DNA of 64,000 nt, from NCBI GenBank assembly GCA_964409245.1, contig CAYPCQ010000038.1:1105-65104 (forward strand), given 5' to 3'. This document shows positions 36,001-46,063 of this stretch, in pieces. The stretch's first letter is position 1. Each line of letters starts with the position of its first letter. Origin of the DNA: an uncultured Verrucomicrobiota bacterium. GTDB lineage: Bacteria > Verrucomicrobiota > Verrucomicrobiia > Limisphaerales > UBA1319. The notes beneath the pieces were generated by a model. The model saw only the letters and a list, made by a program, of their open reading frames with translations, did not search any database and was not told the origin of the DNA. Made by a program: the position numbers and the translations under genes.

Positions 36001-36143
36001 AGGCGGCGGACGCCTGGGAACTCCTGCAGGACGCAGTCAAAAAAGGGCATATCGGCACGAAGGAAAGCCTGCAGGATTCCAAGCTGATTTGGACCTACCG
36101 CCGCATCGAGGCGGCGATGAACAGCCAGCAGCGGAAACCGTAA
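33015..36143 (+). CDS. Fused multi-TM membrane / spermidine-synthase-like SAM-dependent transferase with a helical C-terminal extension
   Basis: Duplicated 'SGxxxxxYEVVWxR.L.L.LG' TM modules, ALVIGFGSGTT, VEISPDV, YDVIISEPSNPW. Confidence 0.88.
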   Translation: MNKSSRILFAVAVFCLLFSGTAGLVYEVVWARYLALFLGHTSLAVVAVLVAFMGGLALGNALLGGMADRTRRPLAFYAWLEIGIAAYALLFPWYYDGCHRAYIGLAKSLGPGSGALSYLRFAFSLLVILLPTVLMGGTLPVLTRLVTRSLGELRGRVAYLYATNSTGAVIGCILADFWWIPSFGLEMTAWAGAAMNLVAGLTALILSGLWNEEKAPLQPVSTTRPPEETETFTPGELRLAVISIGISGFTAMLYEVVWTRILALSLGSSTHSFSIMLITFITGIAAGAWIVGRWRNLPSTMTAFGWAELALAGTVTGSMFFYEYLPFWFCQLSEFIVRNDRTYALYELLQGVICFGVMFIPTLCLGMTLPLVSRIATAELAKTGRSVGKVFAVNTIGTVLGAAATGLWLMPRLGMACTFALGAGLNAAVGLAILYRNNQPVQRLLRPALPLGIVALVGIASIALDSQWRHIFTLGAWRHPNPPATMAEFRKKAHEGKLRFYADGSGTTVSLHEKMEGKATNLFLKVNGKTDAGTLGDMLTQLNLGHIPMLLHPNPKEALVIGFGSGTTCGAVARHSSLEHLDMVEISPDVIAAGQFYGPYNHQVLKNPKCRLVIEDAKTFLQMTGRQYDVIISEPSNPWMAGVSGIFSREYYETCRQRLRPDGIMAQWVQIYESNEAMLQMILGTFATAFADISIWQGSAGDIILLGSNRPLPVNLEQLEQRFNRPELAEDYKGVDLARFPVFLCQELISSVNGAFLADPGGMVHSDYFPTLEYVAQRAFFTRTGIEFARLFGENNWPRSTTLMQMYLSSHQLSEEDYQAFSLFQTAQKVPDSRLFRSLVNRWQADFPKSAWAIEISAKLSDPRPISELEATRMTGVKEVIYSQAAKHPLLLQYYASHLWQRYIAQRSVVYLPPAEEVCQALERLVKIDAANRRVYRLQLAEIAWDKGDDTACFRLSQEAFDPDVEKGGPLQFTQDPKAPSRILARLADTLWLSGKAADAWELLQDAVKKGHIGTKESLQDSKLIWTYRRIEAAMNSQQRKP

Positions 36144-36174
36144 GCAAAGCGCGCGGTTCTCCGTGCCGGCCGCC

Positions 36175-38328
36175 TCAACGCCGGGTCCACTGGCCGAGCC
36201 AGGCCAGGACGGTGTCGTGCCACAAAATGCTGTTTTGCGGCTTGAGCACCCAGTGGTTTTCTTCCGGGAAATGCAGCAGCCTGGAGGGGATGCCCCGCCG
36301 CTGGGCGGCGGTGAAGGTGGCCATGCCTTGGGCATCGGCGATCCGGAAATCCCGCCCGCCATGGATCACCAGGATCGGAGTCTTCCAACGCCCCACGAGA
36401 TTCTGCGGATTATGTTTCTCGTAGCTTTCGGGATTATCCCAGGGGGTGCCTTGGTGTTCCCACTCGGGAAACCAGAGTTCTTCCGTCATGAAATAGGCGG
36501 CCCGTTCGTCCAGGTTGCCATCGTGGCTGACGAGGCAGCGGAAACGATCCGGCCAGGCGCCGGCGATCCAATTGACCATATAGGCGCCGTAGGAGGCCCC
36601 CAGCGCGGCCACCCGCCCGCCATCGAGGAACGGATAACGCTCCAGCGCAGCGGCCAGGCCCAGCTGCAGATCGTCCAGCGGTTTGCCACCCCAATCGCCC
36701 CGGATGGCGTCGGTGAAAGCCTGGCCATACCCGGTGGAGCCATGGAAATCGATCATCACCACGGCGTAACCGGCGCCAGCGTAGGTCTGGGGATTCCACC
36801 GGTAGTGGAAATGGTTGCCAAAAGATCCCTGCGGCCCGCCGTGAATCAGGAAGGCCACCGGGTATTTCCGGGCGGGATCGAAATGGACCGGTTTCATCAC
36901 GTAACCGTAAACCCGCTCCTGATTCCAGCCCGCAAAAGAAAACTGCTCCGCTTCGCCCAAGCGCACCGCCGCCAGCCGGGAGGCGTTCAGGCTGGTCAAT
37001 TGCTTGAGGCCCGAACCATCCGTGCCGATGGAAAACAAATCGATGGGGGCCGCGAGGGTGTCCAGGCCGAAGAGGAGGCGGCCGGCGCAGGGGGCGGGCC
37101 AGTGGATGGATCCCGGCTCGAGCACCGTGCGCACCCGCCCGGTGCTGGCGTCAATGGCGAACAGGGAAAGCTGGCCCAGGTGATCAGCGGTGGCGTATAG
37201 CTCCCGGCCATCCGGCGACCAGACCAACGAAGCGGGCGAACGATCCCATTCCTCGGTGAGCACCTGGTCCTTACCCTCCGGCCAGGTGCGCACCACCACG
37301 CGATAACGATCCGCCTCAAAACCGGGGCGTTTCATGGCCAGCCAGGCCAGGCGCGATCCATCCGGGGAAAACCGGGGCTGGGTGTCCCAGGCGGGATTGC
37401 CGGTCAATTTGCGGGGCGGAGCGGAGGCGTCGGCCGGGGCAAACCAGAGATCGAAATCCGTGGACCAGGCTTCGGCGGCGCCCACGTTCCGGGCGGCAAA
37501 CACGACGCCCCGGCCATCGGGCGTCCACTGGAATTCGTCGTCCCCCCCAAACGGCTTGGAGGGCGCGTCGGCATCCATCCCGGGCATGATATCCCGGGGC
37601 GGGCCACCGGCAGCGGACATCACGAACAGATGGGCGCGGCGGCCATCGCTCCAGGAATCCCAGTGGCGGAACAGCAGGCGGTCGTAAATCCGGCCGGAAG
37701 CCTTGGACTCCTTCAGCTTATCGAGCCGTTTCCGGGTTCCCTCCAGGGTGGGTTCATCCACAAACACCTCGAGGCTGACGAGCAGCTGCCGGCCGTCCCG
37801 CGAAAGGGCAAAACATCCCACATCCAGCGGCAGCCGGGATACCTCCCGGGCTTCGCCGCCATCCACCGCGATCTGCCACACCTGCTGGGAACCGGAACGG
37901 GAGGAAAGGAACCAGACGCGGCGGCTGTCGGGCGACCATTGGGGGCTGGAATCCGATCCCTGCCGGGAGGTCAACTGGCGTGGCTGGGAGCCATCGGCGG
38001 CCATCAGCCACAGGTGGGAACGCCGCTGGTTCGCCGCCAGATCCAGGCTGCTGACACTATAAACCACAGCTTTCCCATCCGGAGAGACTTTGAGATCGGT
38101 GATGCGGTCCAGATCCACCAAGTCGCGGACATTAAAAGGATGGGGTTCGGCGGAGGCAGCAGCCGGCCAGGCCCGGGAAAACGGCAGGAGGCAAAACGCG
38201 GCGAGCAGCAACGGCCAGCTCCGCTCCCTTCGGAACCAGGATCCGGTCACATCCATTTGTTCAGCAGTCGAAATATGCATCACCCCAGAATAATCCGGAG
38301 CGCGGCGAAGGGCAAAAGGGAAAATCAC
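36175..38328 (-). CDS. S9 family serine peptidase (dipeptidyl-peptidase 5 / acylaminoacyl-peptidase-like)
   Basis: PD40-like 'WSPDG' repeats, IHGGPQ, GASYG nucleophile, DFR and ENHW. The start is uncertain (38328, 38280 or 38256). Confidence 0.92.
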   Translation of the reverse strand: MIFPFALRRAPDYSGVMHISTAEQMDVTGSWFRRERSWPLLLAAFCLLPFSRAWPAAASAEPHPFNVRDLVDLDRITDLKVSPDGKAVVYSVSSLDLAANQRRSHLWLMAADGSQPRQLTSRQGSDSSPQWSPDSRRVWFLSSRSGSQQVWQIAVDGGEAREVSRLPLDVGCFALSRDGRQLLVSLEVFVDEPTLEGTRKRLDKLKESKASGRIYDRLLFRHWDSWSDGRRAHLFVMSAAGGPPRDIMPGMDADAPSKPFGGDDEFQWTPDGRGVVFAARNVGAAEAWSTDFDLWFAPADASAPPRKLTGNPAWDTQPRFSPDGSRLAWLAMKRPGFEADRYRVVVRTWPEGKDQVLTEEWDRSPASLVWSPDGRELYATADHLGQLSLFAIDASTGRVRTVLEPGSIHWPAPCAGRLLFGLDTLAAPIDLFSIGTDGSGLKQLTSLNASRLAAVRLGEAEQFSFAGWNQERVYGYVMKPVHFDPARKYPVAFLIHGGPQGSFGNHFHYRWNPQTYAGAGYAVVMIDFHGSTGYGQAFTDAIRGDWGGKPLDDLQLGLAAALERYPFLDGGRVAALGASYGAYMVNWIAGAWPDRFRCLVSHDGNLDERAAYFMTEELWFPEWEHQGTPWDNPESYEKHNPQNLVGRWKTPILVIHGGRDFRIADAQGMATFTAAQRRGIPSRLLHFPEENHWVLKPQNSILWHDTVLAWLGQWTRR

Positions 38329-39617
38329 TCCCGGGGCTCAGGCATGAACCAGGACACGATCATCGCCACGGGAAACAGGAAGCTCATGTACAGGAGGGTT
38401 TTCCGGAAATCCCCAACCTGGGCGAACAGCCCGAAAACAACGACCCCAAAGGCGGAGACAATGCGGCCGATATTATAGCTGAAACCCGCGCCAGTGGTGC
38501 GCAGCAGCGTGGGGAACAACGGGGGGAGGTACATGGTGAACAGGCCGAACACGCCGGAAAAGAACCCCACCCAGGGCAGCCACCAAATAAGGGCCTCGTG
38601 GTTCCGGGGCACGCAAAAGGTGCCAAACATGGCCAGGAAAAAGCCCAGGCACATGATCCCGATGCTCACCCGGTAACCGAATAACTTTGCCATCCAGCCG
38701 GCGAAAAAATTGCCGCCGATGGACACCCCAATCACCAGGAAAAACACCAGGCTCACCAACTGGTCTTTTTGGGCCGGGGTCCAGGCGGCCAGCTCCGGCA
38801 AATTGCGGATGTGCTGCGGGTGCCAGAACATGAAGGCCCACCACCCGGTAAGCGACAGGGAGCACAAAAGGATGGTTTTCAGAGTGATCTGGCAAACCTC
38901 GCCGCGGAACAAATCGCGCATGGGGGGATCCCGGGTGACCGCGGATAGTTTGGCTTGGCGCCATTCCTCCGGCTCCGGCACGGATTTCCGGATCCAAAAA
39001 ACGATCAAGGCCGGCAGGATGCCCACCAGGAAGACCCAGCGCGGGTTGTAATTGGGCAGCGCGGCGAAGAGATAAACCGTCAGGCAGGCAAAAAGCACCC
39101 CGATGTTCACCCCGGTCTGGAGCACCGCCGCGATCCAGGGCCGCCAGCGCCGCGGCCAGGTTTCGGCCAGGAGGGAGGAGCCCACGGCCCATTCGCCCCC
39201 AATCCCCAGAGCCGCGAGGAACCGGAAAATCATCAATTGCCACCAGGTAGTGGCGGCAGCGGACAGCCCCGTGAACAGGGCATAAGTGAGGATGGTCAAG
39301 GACAGGGCACGGCTGCGCCCGAGGCGATCGCCCAAGCGCCCAAAAAAGCCGCCACCCAAGGCCCACCCCACCAGGAAAGCCGCCTGGATCCAGGAACTAT
39401 AGCGTTTGACCAAAGGATCCGCTGGGGAAGCCACCTCCAGCAACCGGGCCACAAAGGTCCCGGCCACCAAGGTGTAAAGGTGCATATCCAGGCCGTCGAA
39501 CAGCCAGCCCAGCCAGGCGGCAGCCCCCGACCGCCATTGCTGCGGAGTCAAGTCCGCCAAACTGGCCGCCTCGGGAACGCCGCCAACGGGGGGCTTGGCG
39601 TCTCCAGCTGCGCTCAT
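38325..39617 (-). CDS. MFS transporter (sialate/carboxylate:H+ symporter-like)
   Basis: GWLFDGLD, GRLGDRLGR, GIGGEW, LFPTLLRTTG and about 12 hydrophobic segments. Confidence 0.92.
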   Translation of the reverse strand: MSAAGDAKPPVGGVPEAASLADLTPQQWRSGAAAWLGWLFDGLDMHLYTLVAGTFVARLLEVASPADPLVKRYSSWIQAAFLVGWALGGGFFGRLGDRLGRSRALSLTILTYALFTGLSAAATTWWQLMIFRFLAALGIGGEWAVGSSLLAETWPRRWRPWIAAVLQTGVNIGVLFACLTVYLFAALPNYNPRWVFLVGILPALIVFWIRKSVPEPEEWRQAKLSAVTRDPPMRDLFRGEVCQITLKTILLCSLSLTGWWAFMFWHPQHIRNLPELAAWTPAQKDQLVSLVFFLVIGVSIGGNFFAGWMAKLFGYRVSIGIMCLGFFLAMFGTFCVPRNHEALIWWLPWVGFFSGVFGLFTMYLPPLFPTLLRTTGAGFSYNIGRIVSAFGVVVFGLFAQVGDFRKTLLYMSFLFPVAMIVSWFMPEPRE

Positions 39618-39740
39618 TCGGGGCCTCCGATCATGATTTCGGGTGTCAACGCAACCGTTTGTAACCAGTGGACTCAGCCCCTGTCAACGATCTGTTGAAT
39701 TTCCCGAAGCTGAAAGCACCTCCGGATTGCAGCAAACCCC

Positions 39741-40055
39741 TTAGCGCACCAACTGGCCGGAGCGGACTTTGACAAACCGGGTTTGCGTTTCCAGCACTTC
39801 GCTGGGCAGCAAGAGGATGGAAAAATCGTCGTGAACAGCCAGGCAGGGCACCCGGATCCGGCCGGCCTGGGTTTGCGGATTAAAGTCCAAAATCAGGGTG
39901 GGATCCACACTGGTCCGCACCACCGATCCATCATAAGTTGCCAGGCCAACGATCCATTCCCCTGGATTCTTCCGCTCAAAAACCATGGCCTCCATCATCA
40001 CCCATGGAGCAGGCTCACAAGGAGCGCCCTTGTCCCTTTGTAAATCTTTGGCCAT
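39741..40055 (-). CDS. Small hypothetical protein
   Basis: About 104-112 aa ORF with a normal globular composition, co-oriented with its neighbours. No motif recognised. Confidence 0.5.
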   Translation of the reverse strand: MAKDLQRDKGAPCEPAPWVMMEAMVFERKNPGEWIVGLATYDGSVVRTSVDPTLILDFNPQTQAGRIRVPCLAVHDDFSILLLPSEVLETQTRFVKVRSGQLVR

Positions 40056-40260
40056 TAATTGCATGCACCAACTCCGCAAAATTTTTCAACATCCAGCAAC
40101 GGGCTGGATCCAGGCGTTCTACCGCGCCTTTCCCGGCCAAGGAACCCACCTTGGGGGCTGTTAGACTTATCGACAGAATGGGAAAAACCTTTAGCCGTTT
40201 TTGCGCGGGAGCGGTTTGAACCGCCTCAAATGGACCATCACCCCACTGAATGCAGGGGCC

Positions 40261-43200
40261 TCAAGCGGCAGCTTTGGATTTGCCCCCCAGCCAGGCGAAC
40301 AGGGCGGGAAGCACTAAAAGCGTGAGCAAGGTATTCGTGACGATGCCGCCGATGACGACCGTAGCCAAGGGGCGCTGCACCTCCCCCCCCACCCCGACAT
40401 TCACCGCCATGGGGATGAAACCCACCGCCGCCACCAAGGCCGTCATCAGTACCGGCCGCAAGCGGACCAGGCAACCCTCACGGACAGCGGCCAATAAAGG
40501 AGCGCCAGCAGCCAGCTTTTGCTGGATAAAAGTCACCAGAACCAGCCCGTTCAGGATGGCCACCCCGCTCAGGGCAATAAATCCCACAGCGGCGCTCACC
40601 GTGAAAGGCAGGCCGCGCAACCATAGCGCCAGGACACCCCCAGCGGCCCCCAAAGGGATGCCGGTGGCCACAATGACCACCTCCCGCAGCGATTGCAGGC
40701 TGAAATAAAGAAGCATGAAAATAAGCCCCAGCGCGAGCGGCACCACAAAGCGCAGCCGGGCATTGGCCCGCTCCATATTCTCAAACTGGCCGCCCCATTC
40801 AATACTGAAGCCTTCCGGCAATTTGACCTGGCTGGCGATCTTTTGCTGCGCCTCGGCCACGAAACTGGCCACATCGCGGCCCCGGACATTGCATTGCACC
40901 GTGATGCGGCGCCGGCCCCACTCCCGATTGATGGTGGCCGGACCCTCGGTTTCCACCACTTTCGCCACCTGGTTCAAAGGCAGGACGGAGCCCGCAGCGG
41001 TGGGAATGAGGGTGGCCGCCAAAGCCTCCGGATCCGTGCGCTGGCGGTCCGGCATCCGCACCACCAGGGAGAACCGGCGCTGGCCCTCCCGCACTTCCCC
41101 CACTTTGCGGGAGCCAACCGCTTCGACGACGTTGAGGACGTTGCGGGTGGCCACGCCGTACCGGGCGATGGCTTGGGAATCGAGACGCACCTGGAGAATT
41201 AGTTGACCAGTCAACTGCTCACCTGATACCTCCCCCACTCCGGCAATCCCGCCCAGCACTTTTTGCACTTCATCGGATAGCTGGCGCAGCTGTTCCAAAT
41301 CATCGCCATAGATCTTGATGCCGATGTCCGACCGGATGCCGGCGATGAGTTCGTTCAAGCGCATCTCGATCGGCTGGCTGAAGGCGACGGTCAGGCCGGG
41401 GAACTTGGCGAACAAGGCGCGCATTTGCTCCACCAGTTCCGCCTGGGTATGCGCTTTTTTCCATTGGGAGCGCGGCTTCAAGGCGAGGAAGAAATCGGAC
41501 AATTCGATGCCCATCGGATCGGTGGCAATCTCCGCGCTGCCCAAACGGGTCCAGATATTGGTGATCTCGTCCGGGAACTCCGCCAGCAGCAGCTTTTCGA
41601 TGCGGCTGTTGCCGGCCACCGCCTCCTCCACCGAGATGCCGGCCAGCCGCACGCTGGTGCCCACGATGGCGCCTTCCCCCAGTTTGGGCAGGAATTCGCC
41701 CCCCATGCGCGAGGCCAGGAAACCGGCTCCCGCCAGCACGGCCAGCGCTCCCAGCAGAGTGCTGCGGCGGAACCGGAGCGCCCAATCCAGCGCGGGCTCA
41801 TAAATCCGGCGGGTGGCCCGCACCAGCCACGGCTCGGTTTCGCGGACCTGGCGGGGCAGGAACAAGCCGGCCAGCACCGGCGTCACCACCAGGGCGAGGA
41901 TCAGCGAGCCGGCCAGGGCGAAGATCATGGTCATGGCCATCGGCTTGAAGAGTTTTCCCTCCACTCCCTCCAACGCGAGAATCGGCAAAAAAACAATCAG
42001 GATGATGCCCACGCCGAAAGCCACGGGCCGGGCCACCTCGAGCGGCGCGCCCGCCAGCGTCTCGTCGCGCTCCGCCTCCGTCAAAGGCCGCCCCAATTCC
42101 TGCTGGCGCCCGGCCAGGCGGCGCATGGCATTCTCCACCATCACCACTGAACCATCGACGAGGAGGCCAAAATCCACGGCGCCCAGACTCAGCAGGCTGG
42201 CCGAGATGCCCGCCTGCAGCATCAGGTTGCCGGCGAACAACATCGAAAGCGGAATGGCGGCGGCCACCACCAGGCCGGCCCGCAGGTTGCCGAGGAAAGC
42301 GAAGAGGATGGCCACCACGAGGAGCGCTCCCGCGAGGAGATTGTGCGTGACCGTATCGATGACGTTGTGGACCAGCTCCGTGCGGTCGTAAAGCACCTCC
42401 AATTTCACGTCGCGCGGCAGAGTTTTCTGCACCTCGGCCAGCCGGGTTTTCAAGCCCCGCGTGACCACCGCGCTGTTTTCGCCCATGAGCATGAATCCCA
42501 GCCCCAGGACGATTTCACCTTGGCCGGCGCCGGTCACCGCGCCCCGGCGGATTTCGTGGTCCACTTTCACTTCGGCCACATCCCCCACCCGCACCGGAAC
42601 CCCGGCGTGGGCGGCGATGACGATGCTGGCAATTTCCTGGACGTTGGTGGTGAGGCCCAGCCCATGGACCAGCAGGGATTCCCCGCCGCGCACGACCTGC
42701 CCGCCGCCGACGTTCTGATTGTTGGCGGCGAGGGCCTCCTCCAGCTGCTCCAAGGTCAGCCCATACTTCACCAGGCGCTGCGGCTCGGTGATGACATGGA
42801 ACTGCTTTTCAAAACCGCCCCAGGTGTTGACCTCGGCCACGCCCCGCACCTTGCGCAGCTGGGGCTTCACCAGCCAATCCTGGATTTCGCGCAGCTCGGT
42901 GAGCGTGCGATCCGGATTGTCCGACCGGACCACGTAATGGAAGACCTCGCCCAGCCCGGAGGATATGGGCCCCAGCTGGGGGCGCGGGATGCCAGCGGGC
43001 AGCTCGACGGATTGCAGGCGCTCCATGATGAGCTGGCGGGCCCGGAAAATGCCGGTGTCATCGTCAAAAGTGGCCACGACCTGGGAAAGGCCGAACTTGG
43101 AAACAGACCGGATGTTGGCCAGGCCGGGCAGGCCGCCGATGGCCAGCTCCACGGGAATGGTGATCTGGGCCTCGGCCTCCTCCGCATTGAGGGCGGACAC

Positions 43201-43356
43201 CGTGGTGTTGATCTGCACCTGCACCGGGGTGGTGTCGGGGAAGGCGTCGATCGGCAAATTGAGCAGGGATCGGCCGCCCACAATCATCAGCAGGGCCGCC
43301 AGCACGGCGACCAGGAGGCGGTTCTTGAGCGAAGCGGTGATAAGCCAGTGCAGCAT
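40261..43356 (-). CDS. czcA: CzcA/CusA-family heavy-metal efflux RND permease
   Basis: LPIDAFPD, SKFGLS, GAVDFGLLVDG, LFKPMA, RLRPVLMTALVA, VQRPLATVVIGG. Confidence 0.95.
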   Translation of the reverse strand: MLHWLITASLKNRLLVAVLAALLMIVGGRSLLNLPIDAFPDTTPVQVQINTTVSALNAEEAEAQITIPVELAIGGLPGLANIRSVSKFGLSQVVATFDDDTGIFRARQLIMERLQSVELPAGIPRPQLGPISSGLGEVFHYVVRSDNPDRTLTELREIQDWLVKPQLRKVRGVAEVNTWGGFEKQFHVITEPQRLVKYGLTLEQLEEALAANNQNVGGGQVVRGGESLLVHGLGLTTNVQEIASIVIAAHAGVPVRVGDVAEVKVDHEIRRGAVTGAGQGEIVLGLGFMLMGENSAVVTRGLKTRLAEVQKTLPRDVKLEVLYDRTELVHNVIDTVTHNLLAGALLVVAILFAFLGNLRAGLVVAAAIPLSMLFAGNLMLQAGISASLLSLGAVDFGLLVDGSVVMVENAMRRLAGRQQELGRPLTEAERDETLAGAPLEVARPVAFGVGIILIVFLPILALEGVEGKLFKPMAMTMIFALAGSLILALVVTPVLAGLFLPRQVRETEPWLVRATRRIYEPALDWALRFRRSTLLGALAVLAGAGFLASRMGGEFLPKLGEGAIVGTSVRLAGISVEEAVAGNSRIEKLLLAEFPDEITNIWTRLGSAEIATDPMGIELSDFFLALKPRSQWKKAHTQAELVEQMRALFAKFPGLTVAFSQPIEMRLNELIAGIRSDIGIKIYGDDLEQLRQLSDEVQKVLGGIAGVGEVSGEQLTGQLILQVRLDSQAIARYGVATRNVLNVVEAVGSRKVGEVREGQRRFSLVVRMPDRQRTDPEALAATLIPTAAGSVLPLNQVAKVVETEGPATINREWGRRRITVQCNVRGRDVASFVAEAQQKIASQVKLPEGFSIEWGGQFENMERANARLRFVVPLALGLIFMLLYFSLQSLREVVIVATGIPLGAAGGVLALWLRGLPFTVSAAVGFIALSGVAILNGLVLVTFIQQKLAAGAPLLAAVREGCLVRLRPVLMTALVAAVGFIPMAVNVGVGGEVQRPLATVVIGGIVTNTLLTLLVLPALFAWLGGKSKAAA

Positions 43357-43362
43357 AAGATC

Positions 43363-44637
43363 CTAATCATCGGCGCAGCCGGCGCCCAAACGTGATATGA
43401 GGAAGGCGGACTTGAGCGGGAAGGCGTGGTTCACCACCACCTCTTCCCCTGGCTTCAGGCCTTCGGCGATCTCCACCTTGCCATCCCACTTGGCGCCGGT
43501 CCGCACCACCCGCGCCTCGAACAAATCCTCTGCCAGCTTCACAAAGACAAAGGATTTATCCTCGAGGCGCTGGATGGCAGCGGCCGGCAGGATCTGCGCC
43601 CGCTCCGCCACACGGGTGAGGATGCGCGCCTGGGCGAACATGCGCGCCTTGAGCAATCCGTCCGGGTTGGCCACTTCGGCCCGGGCCTTGGCCAGGCGCG
43701 TCTTCTCATCCACCTCCGCCCCGATCCAGGTCAATTTCCCGGTGAAGGTCTGGCCGTCGAGCGAAGCCACGGCCAGTTCCACGGTCTGCCCCACTTTTAC
43801 CCGGGCCAGAACGGCCTCGGGGAGATTGAGCATGGCCCACATCACCGAGCGGTCCACCAAGGTGAACAAGGGTTTGCCGGATTCCACCAAGGCGCCGCGC
43901 ACCGCGGTCCGTTCCACAATCTCCCCCGCGAAGGGGGCGCGCACCTCCATGAGCACCTGCTCATTGGGCTTGGAGCCGAGCGTATCGATCAGCTCCTCGG
44001 TGAACCCGAGCGTGCGGAGCTGCTGGCAGGCGGCGCGGTGATCGGATTCGGCCTGCTGCAGGTCTTTCTCGGAAGTGACCCGGTCGGCCCGCAGCCGGCG
44101 CTCCCGGTCCATGGTTTGGTGGCTGAGCACGGCCTTGGCCACCGCCTCGGCAATCGAAGCGGACCAGATTTTGGCCACCAGCTGTTTTTCCTCCACTTTG
44201 CCGCCCAAGTCCACCGGCACCTCCTGGATGATGCCGCCGACTGGGGCGGCGATCTGGGCCAGCTTGTTCTGATTGAAAACCAGCTCGGCGTAGCACTCCA
44301 CGCCATCAGCCATGGGGCCAACCACGGGCAGGGCGGCCTGGATGCCGGCCATGGCCGCCGATTCCTTCGCGGCCAGGCGCACTTTCAATCCCTCGCCGAC
44401 CTTCAGGCCGGCGGCGAGCAGCGGCTTGCAGATGCCGCACTCCGCCAGGGGCACGTTATGCTCGGCGCACATTTTCACGCCACCCTGGGCCGGGGCGCTG
44501 GCCGGCTCCCCGGCCGGCTCATGGCCGTGGCCCGCATGTTCATCGCGTGCGGCCGGAACGGAGTTCCGGGAGCAGGCCGGCAGCAGGGCCGCCGCCACCA
44601 GCAGAGCCAGCGGCAAATTTCGATTCATTTTATTCAT
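43363..44637 (-). CDS. czcB: CzcB-like RND periplasmic adaptor (lipoprotein) with a His/Cys-rich N-terminus
   Basis: LPAC lipobox-like site, HAGHGH, CAEHNVPLAECGIC, VRAPFAG, GLKPGEEVV. Confidence 0.9.
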   Translation of the reverse strand: MNKMNRNLPLALLVAAALLPACSRNSVPAARDEHAGHGHEPAGEPASAPAQGGVKMCAEHNVPLAECGICKPLLAAGLKVGEGLKVRLAAKESAAMAGIQAALPVVGPMADGVECYAELVFNQNKLAQIAAPVGGIIQEVPVDLGGKVEEKQLVAKIWSASIAEAVAKAVLSHQTMDRERRLRADRVTSEKDLQQAESDHRAACQQLRTLGFTEELIDTLGSKPNEQVLMEVRAPFAGEIVERTAVRGALVESGKPLFTLVDRSVMWAMLNLPEAVLARVKVGQTVELAVASLDGQTFTGKLTWIGAEVDEKTRLAKARAEVANPDGLLKARMFAQARILTRVAERAQILPAAAIQRLEDKSFVFVKLAEDLFEARVVRTGAKWDGKVEIAEGLKPGEEVVVNHAFPLKSAFLISRLGAGCADD

Positions 44638-44660
44638 TAGTTGAAACCTGGGTTGGAAAA

Positions 44661-45989
44661 TCATGGGCGGGATGGCGGTTGAACCACCGTGGACGAAGCG
44701 GCCGCCAAAGGCGAACCGGAAAGCGCCTCCAATTCGGCCAGGGCCACGTTCATGTCGAGCACTTTTTGCAGGTAAACCAGCCGCGTCTCGGAAGCGGTGC
44801 GCTGGGTATCCAGCAGATCCATGAAGCCGAATTTGCCCTGCTCAAACCCGGTTTGCACCAGGCGCAGGGCCGCATCGGCCTTGGGCAGGATGCGCTCGCG
44901 GCAATTGGCGGCCTGTTCCGCGGCGGTCCGCAAGCGCTGGCGGGCGGCCTCCCAGGCCTGCCGCCAACGCTGCTCCACCGCGGCGGCTTCGGCCTCCGCG
45001 AGGGCGGCATTGGCGCGGGCCTCCCGCTGCCGGCCCCGGGAGCGGTCGATGATCGGCAGCGGCAGGGAAAGACGCAACTCCACGATGCCTTCGGAGCTAT
45101 CACCCAGCCGGCCGCCGGCCAGGCCGAGTTTGACATCCGGGTAAGGTTCCAGCCGGGCCCGGCGCCATTCCAAACCGGCCCGCTTCTGGTTTTCCCGGGC
45201 CGCCACCATAGCGGGATGGGCCGCCTGCCAGGATTCCGCATCCTGATCCAGCAAGGCCAATGGCGGTTGTTCCTCCAGCTGCCCGGCCAGGGTGATCGCC
45301 GTCAAACCGGGCTGGCCCAGGCTGGCGGCCAGGCTTTGGCGGGCATGAGCCTGCCCGCCGCGGAAACCGGCCAGTTCATTGCTGGCCTGTTCAAGCTGGA
45401 TTTCCGCCCGCAGCTGTTCCTGGTCGGGCGCGGCGCCCGCCGCCACGCGTTTGCGCGCGGTCTCGGCCGAGCGGCCGGCCACGCGCACCAACTCTTCGGC
45501 CACCGCGGCGAGCCGGTCCGCAGCCAGGGCCTGGCAGAACGCCACTTTCACATCCCGCACCAATTCCAGACGGCGCAGGTTCAGCTCCGCTTCGCTCACC
45601 CGCACCTGCTGGCCACCGATCTGGCGGTCGAGCGGTTTTTTGCCCGGGAACGGAACCGTTTGCGACACCCCCACCAACCGCGTGGCGCGGGAGAAACCGG
45701 ATCCGTCCACCCGCCACTCCTCCGCGCTCAGCTCCAGTTCCGGGTTGGACCAAAGCCCGGCTTGGGCTTGGCGCCCGGCGGCGGCATCCAACCTGGCCTG
45801 GGCCGCCCGCAATTCAGGATGGCTGGCAAAGGCGAGCCGAAGCGCCTCGTCCAGGCTCAAAACCTGGTTGGTTGCCGGAACGCCGGCCGCACTATCGGAC
45901 GCCGGACCAGACCGGACTGCCCGCGTGGCCAGACCAAGCGTGGCCACGAAAATTAACCAGCTATGCAAATATAATAACTTCACTTTCAT
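44661..45989 (-). CDS. czcC: CzcC/TolC-family outer membrane efflux protein
   Basis: LSLDEAL, NPEL, LSLPLP, 'FEQGKFGFMDLLDTQR'; sits upstream of the adaptor and RND genes. Confidence 0.9.
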   Translation of the reverse strand: MKVKLLYLHSWLIFVATLGLATRAVRSGPASDSAAGVPATNQVLSLDEALRLAFASHPELRAAQARLDAAAGRQAQAGLWSNPELELSAEEWRVDGSGFSRATRLVGVSQTVPFPGKKPLDRQIGGQQVRVSEAELNLRRLELVRDVKVAFCQALAADRLAAVAEELVRVAGRSAETARKRVAAGAAPDQEQLRAEIQLEQASNELAGFRGGQAHARQSLAASLGQPGLTAITLAGQLEEQPPLALLDQDAESWQAAHPAMVAARENQKRAGLEWRRARLEPYPDVKLGLAGGRLGDSSEGIVELRLSLPLPIIDRSRGRQREARANAALAEAEAAAVEQRWRQAWEAARQRLRTAAEQAANCRERILPKADAALRLVQTGFEQGKFGFMDLLDTQRTASETRLVYLQKVLDMNVALAELEALSGSPLAAASSTVVQPPSRP

Positions 45990-46063
45990 AAACTCCGTTT
46001 AAAGGACTGCTGCAGGAAAAACCGCAATCCCACCCACCGGGCGGATCGGGCCGAAAACAGAAC

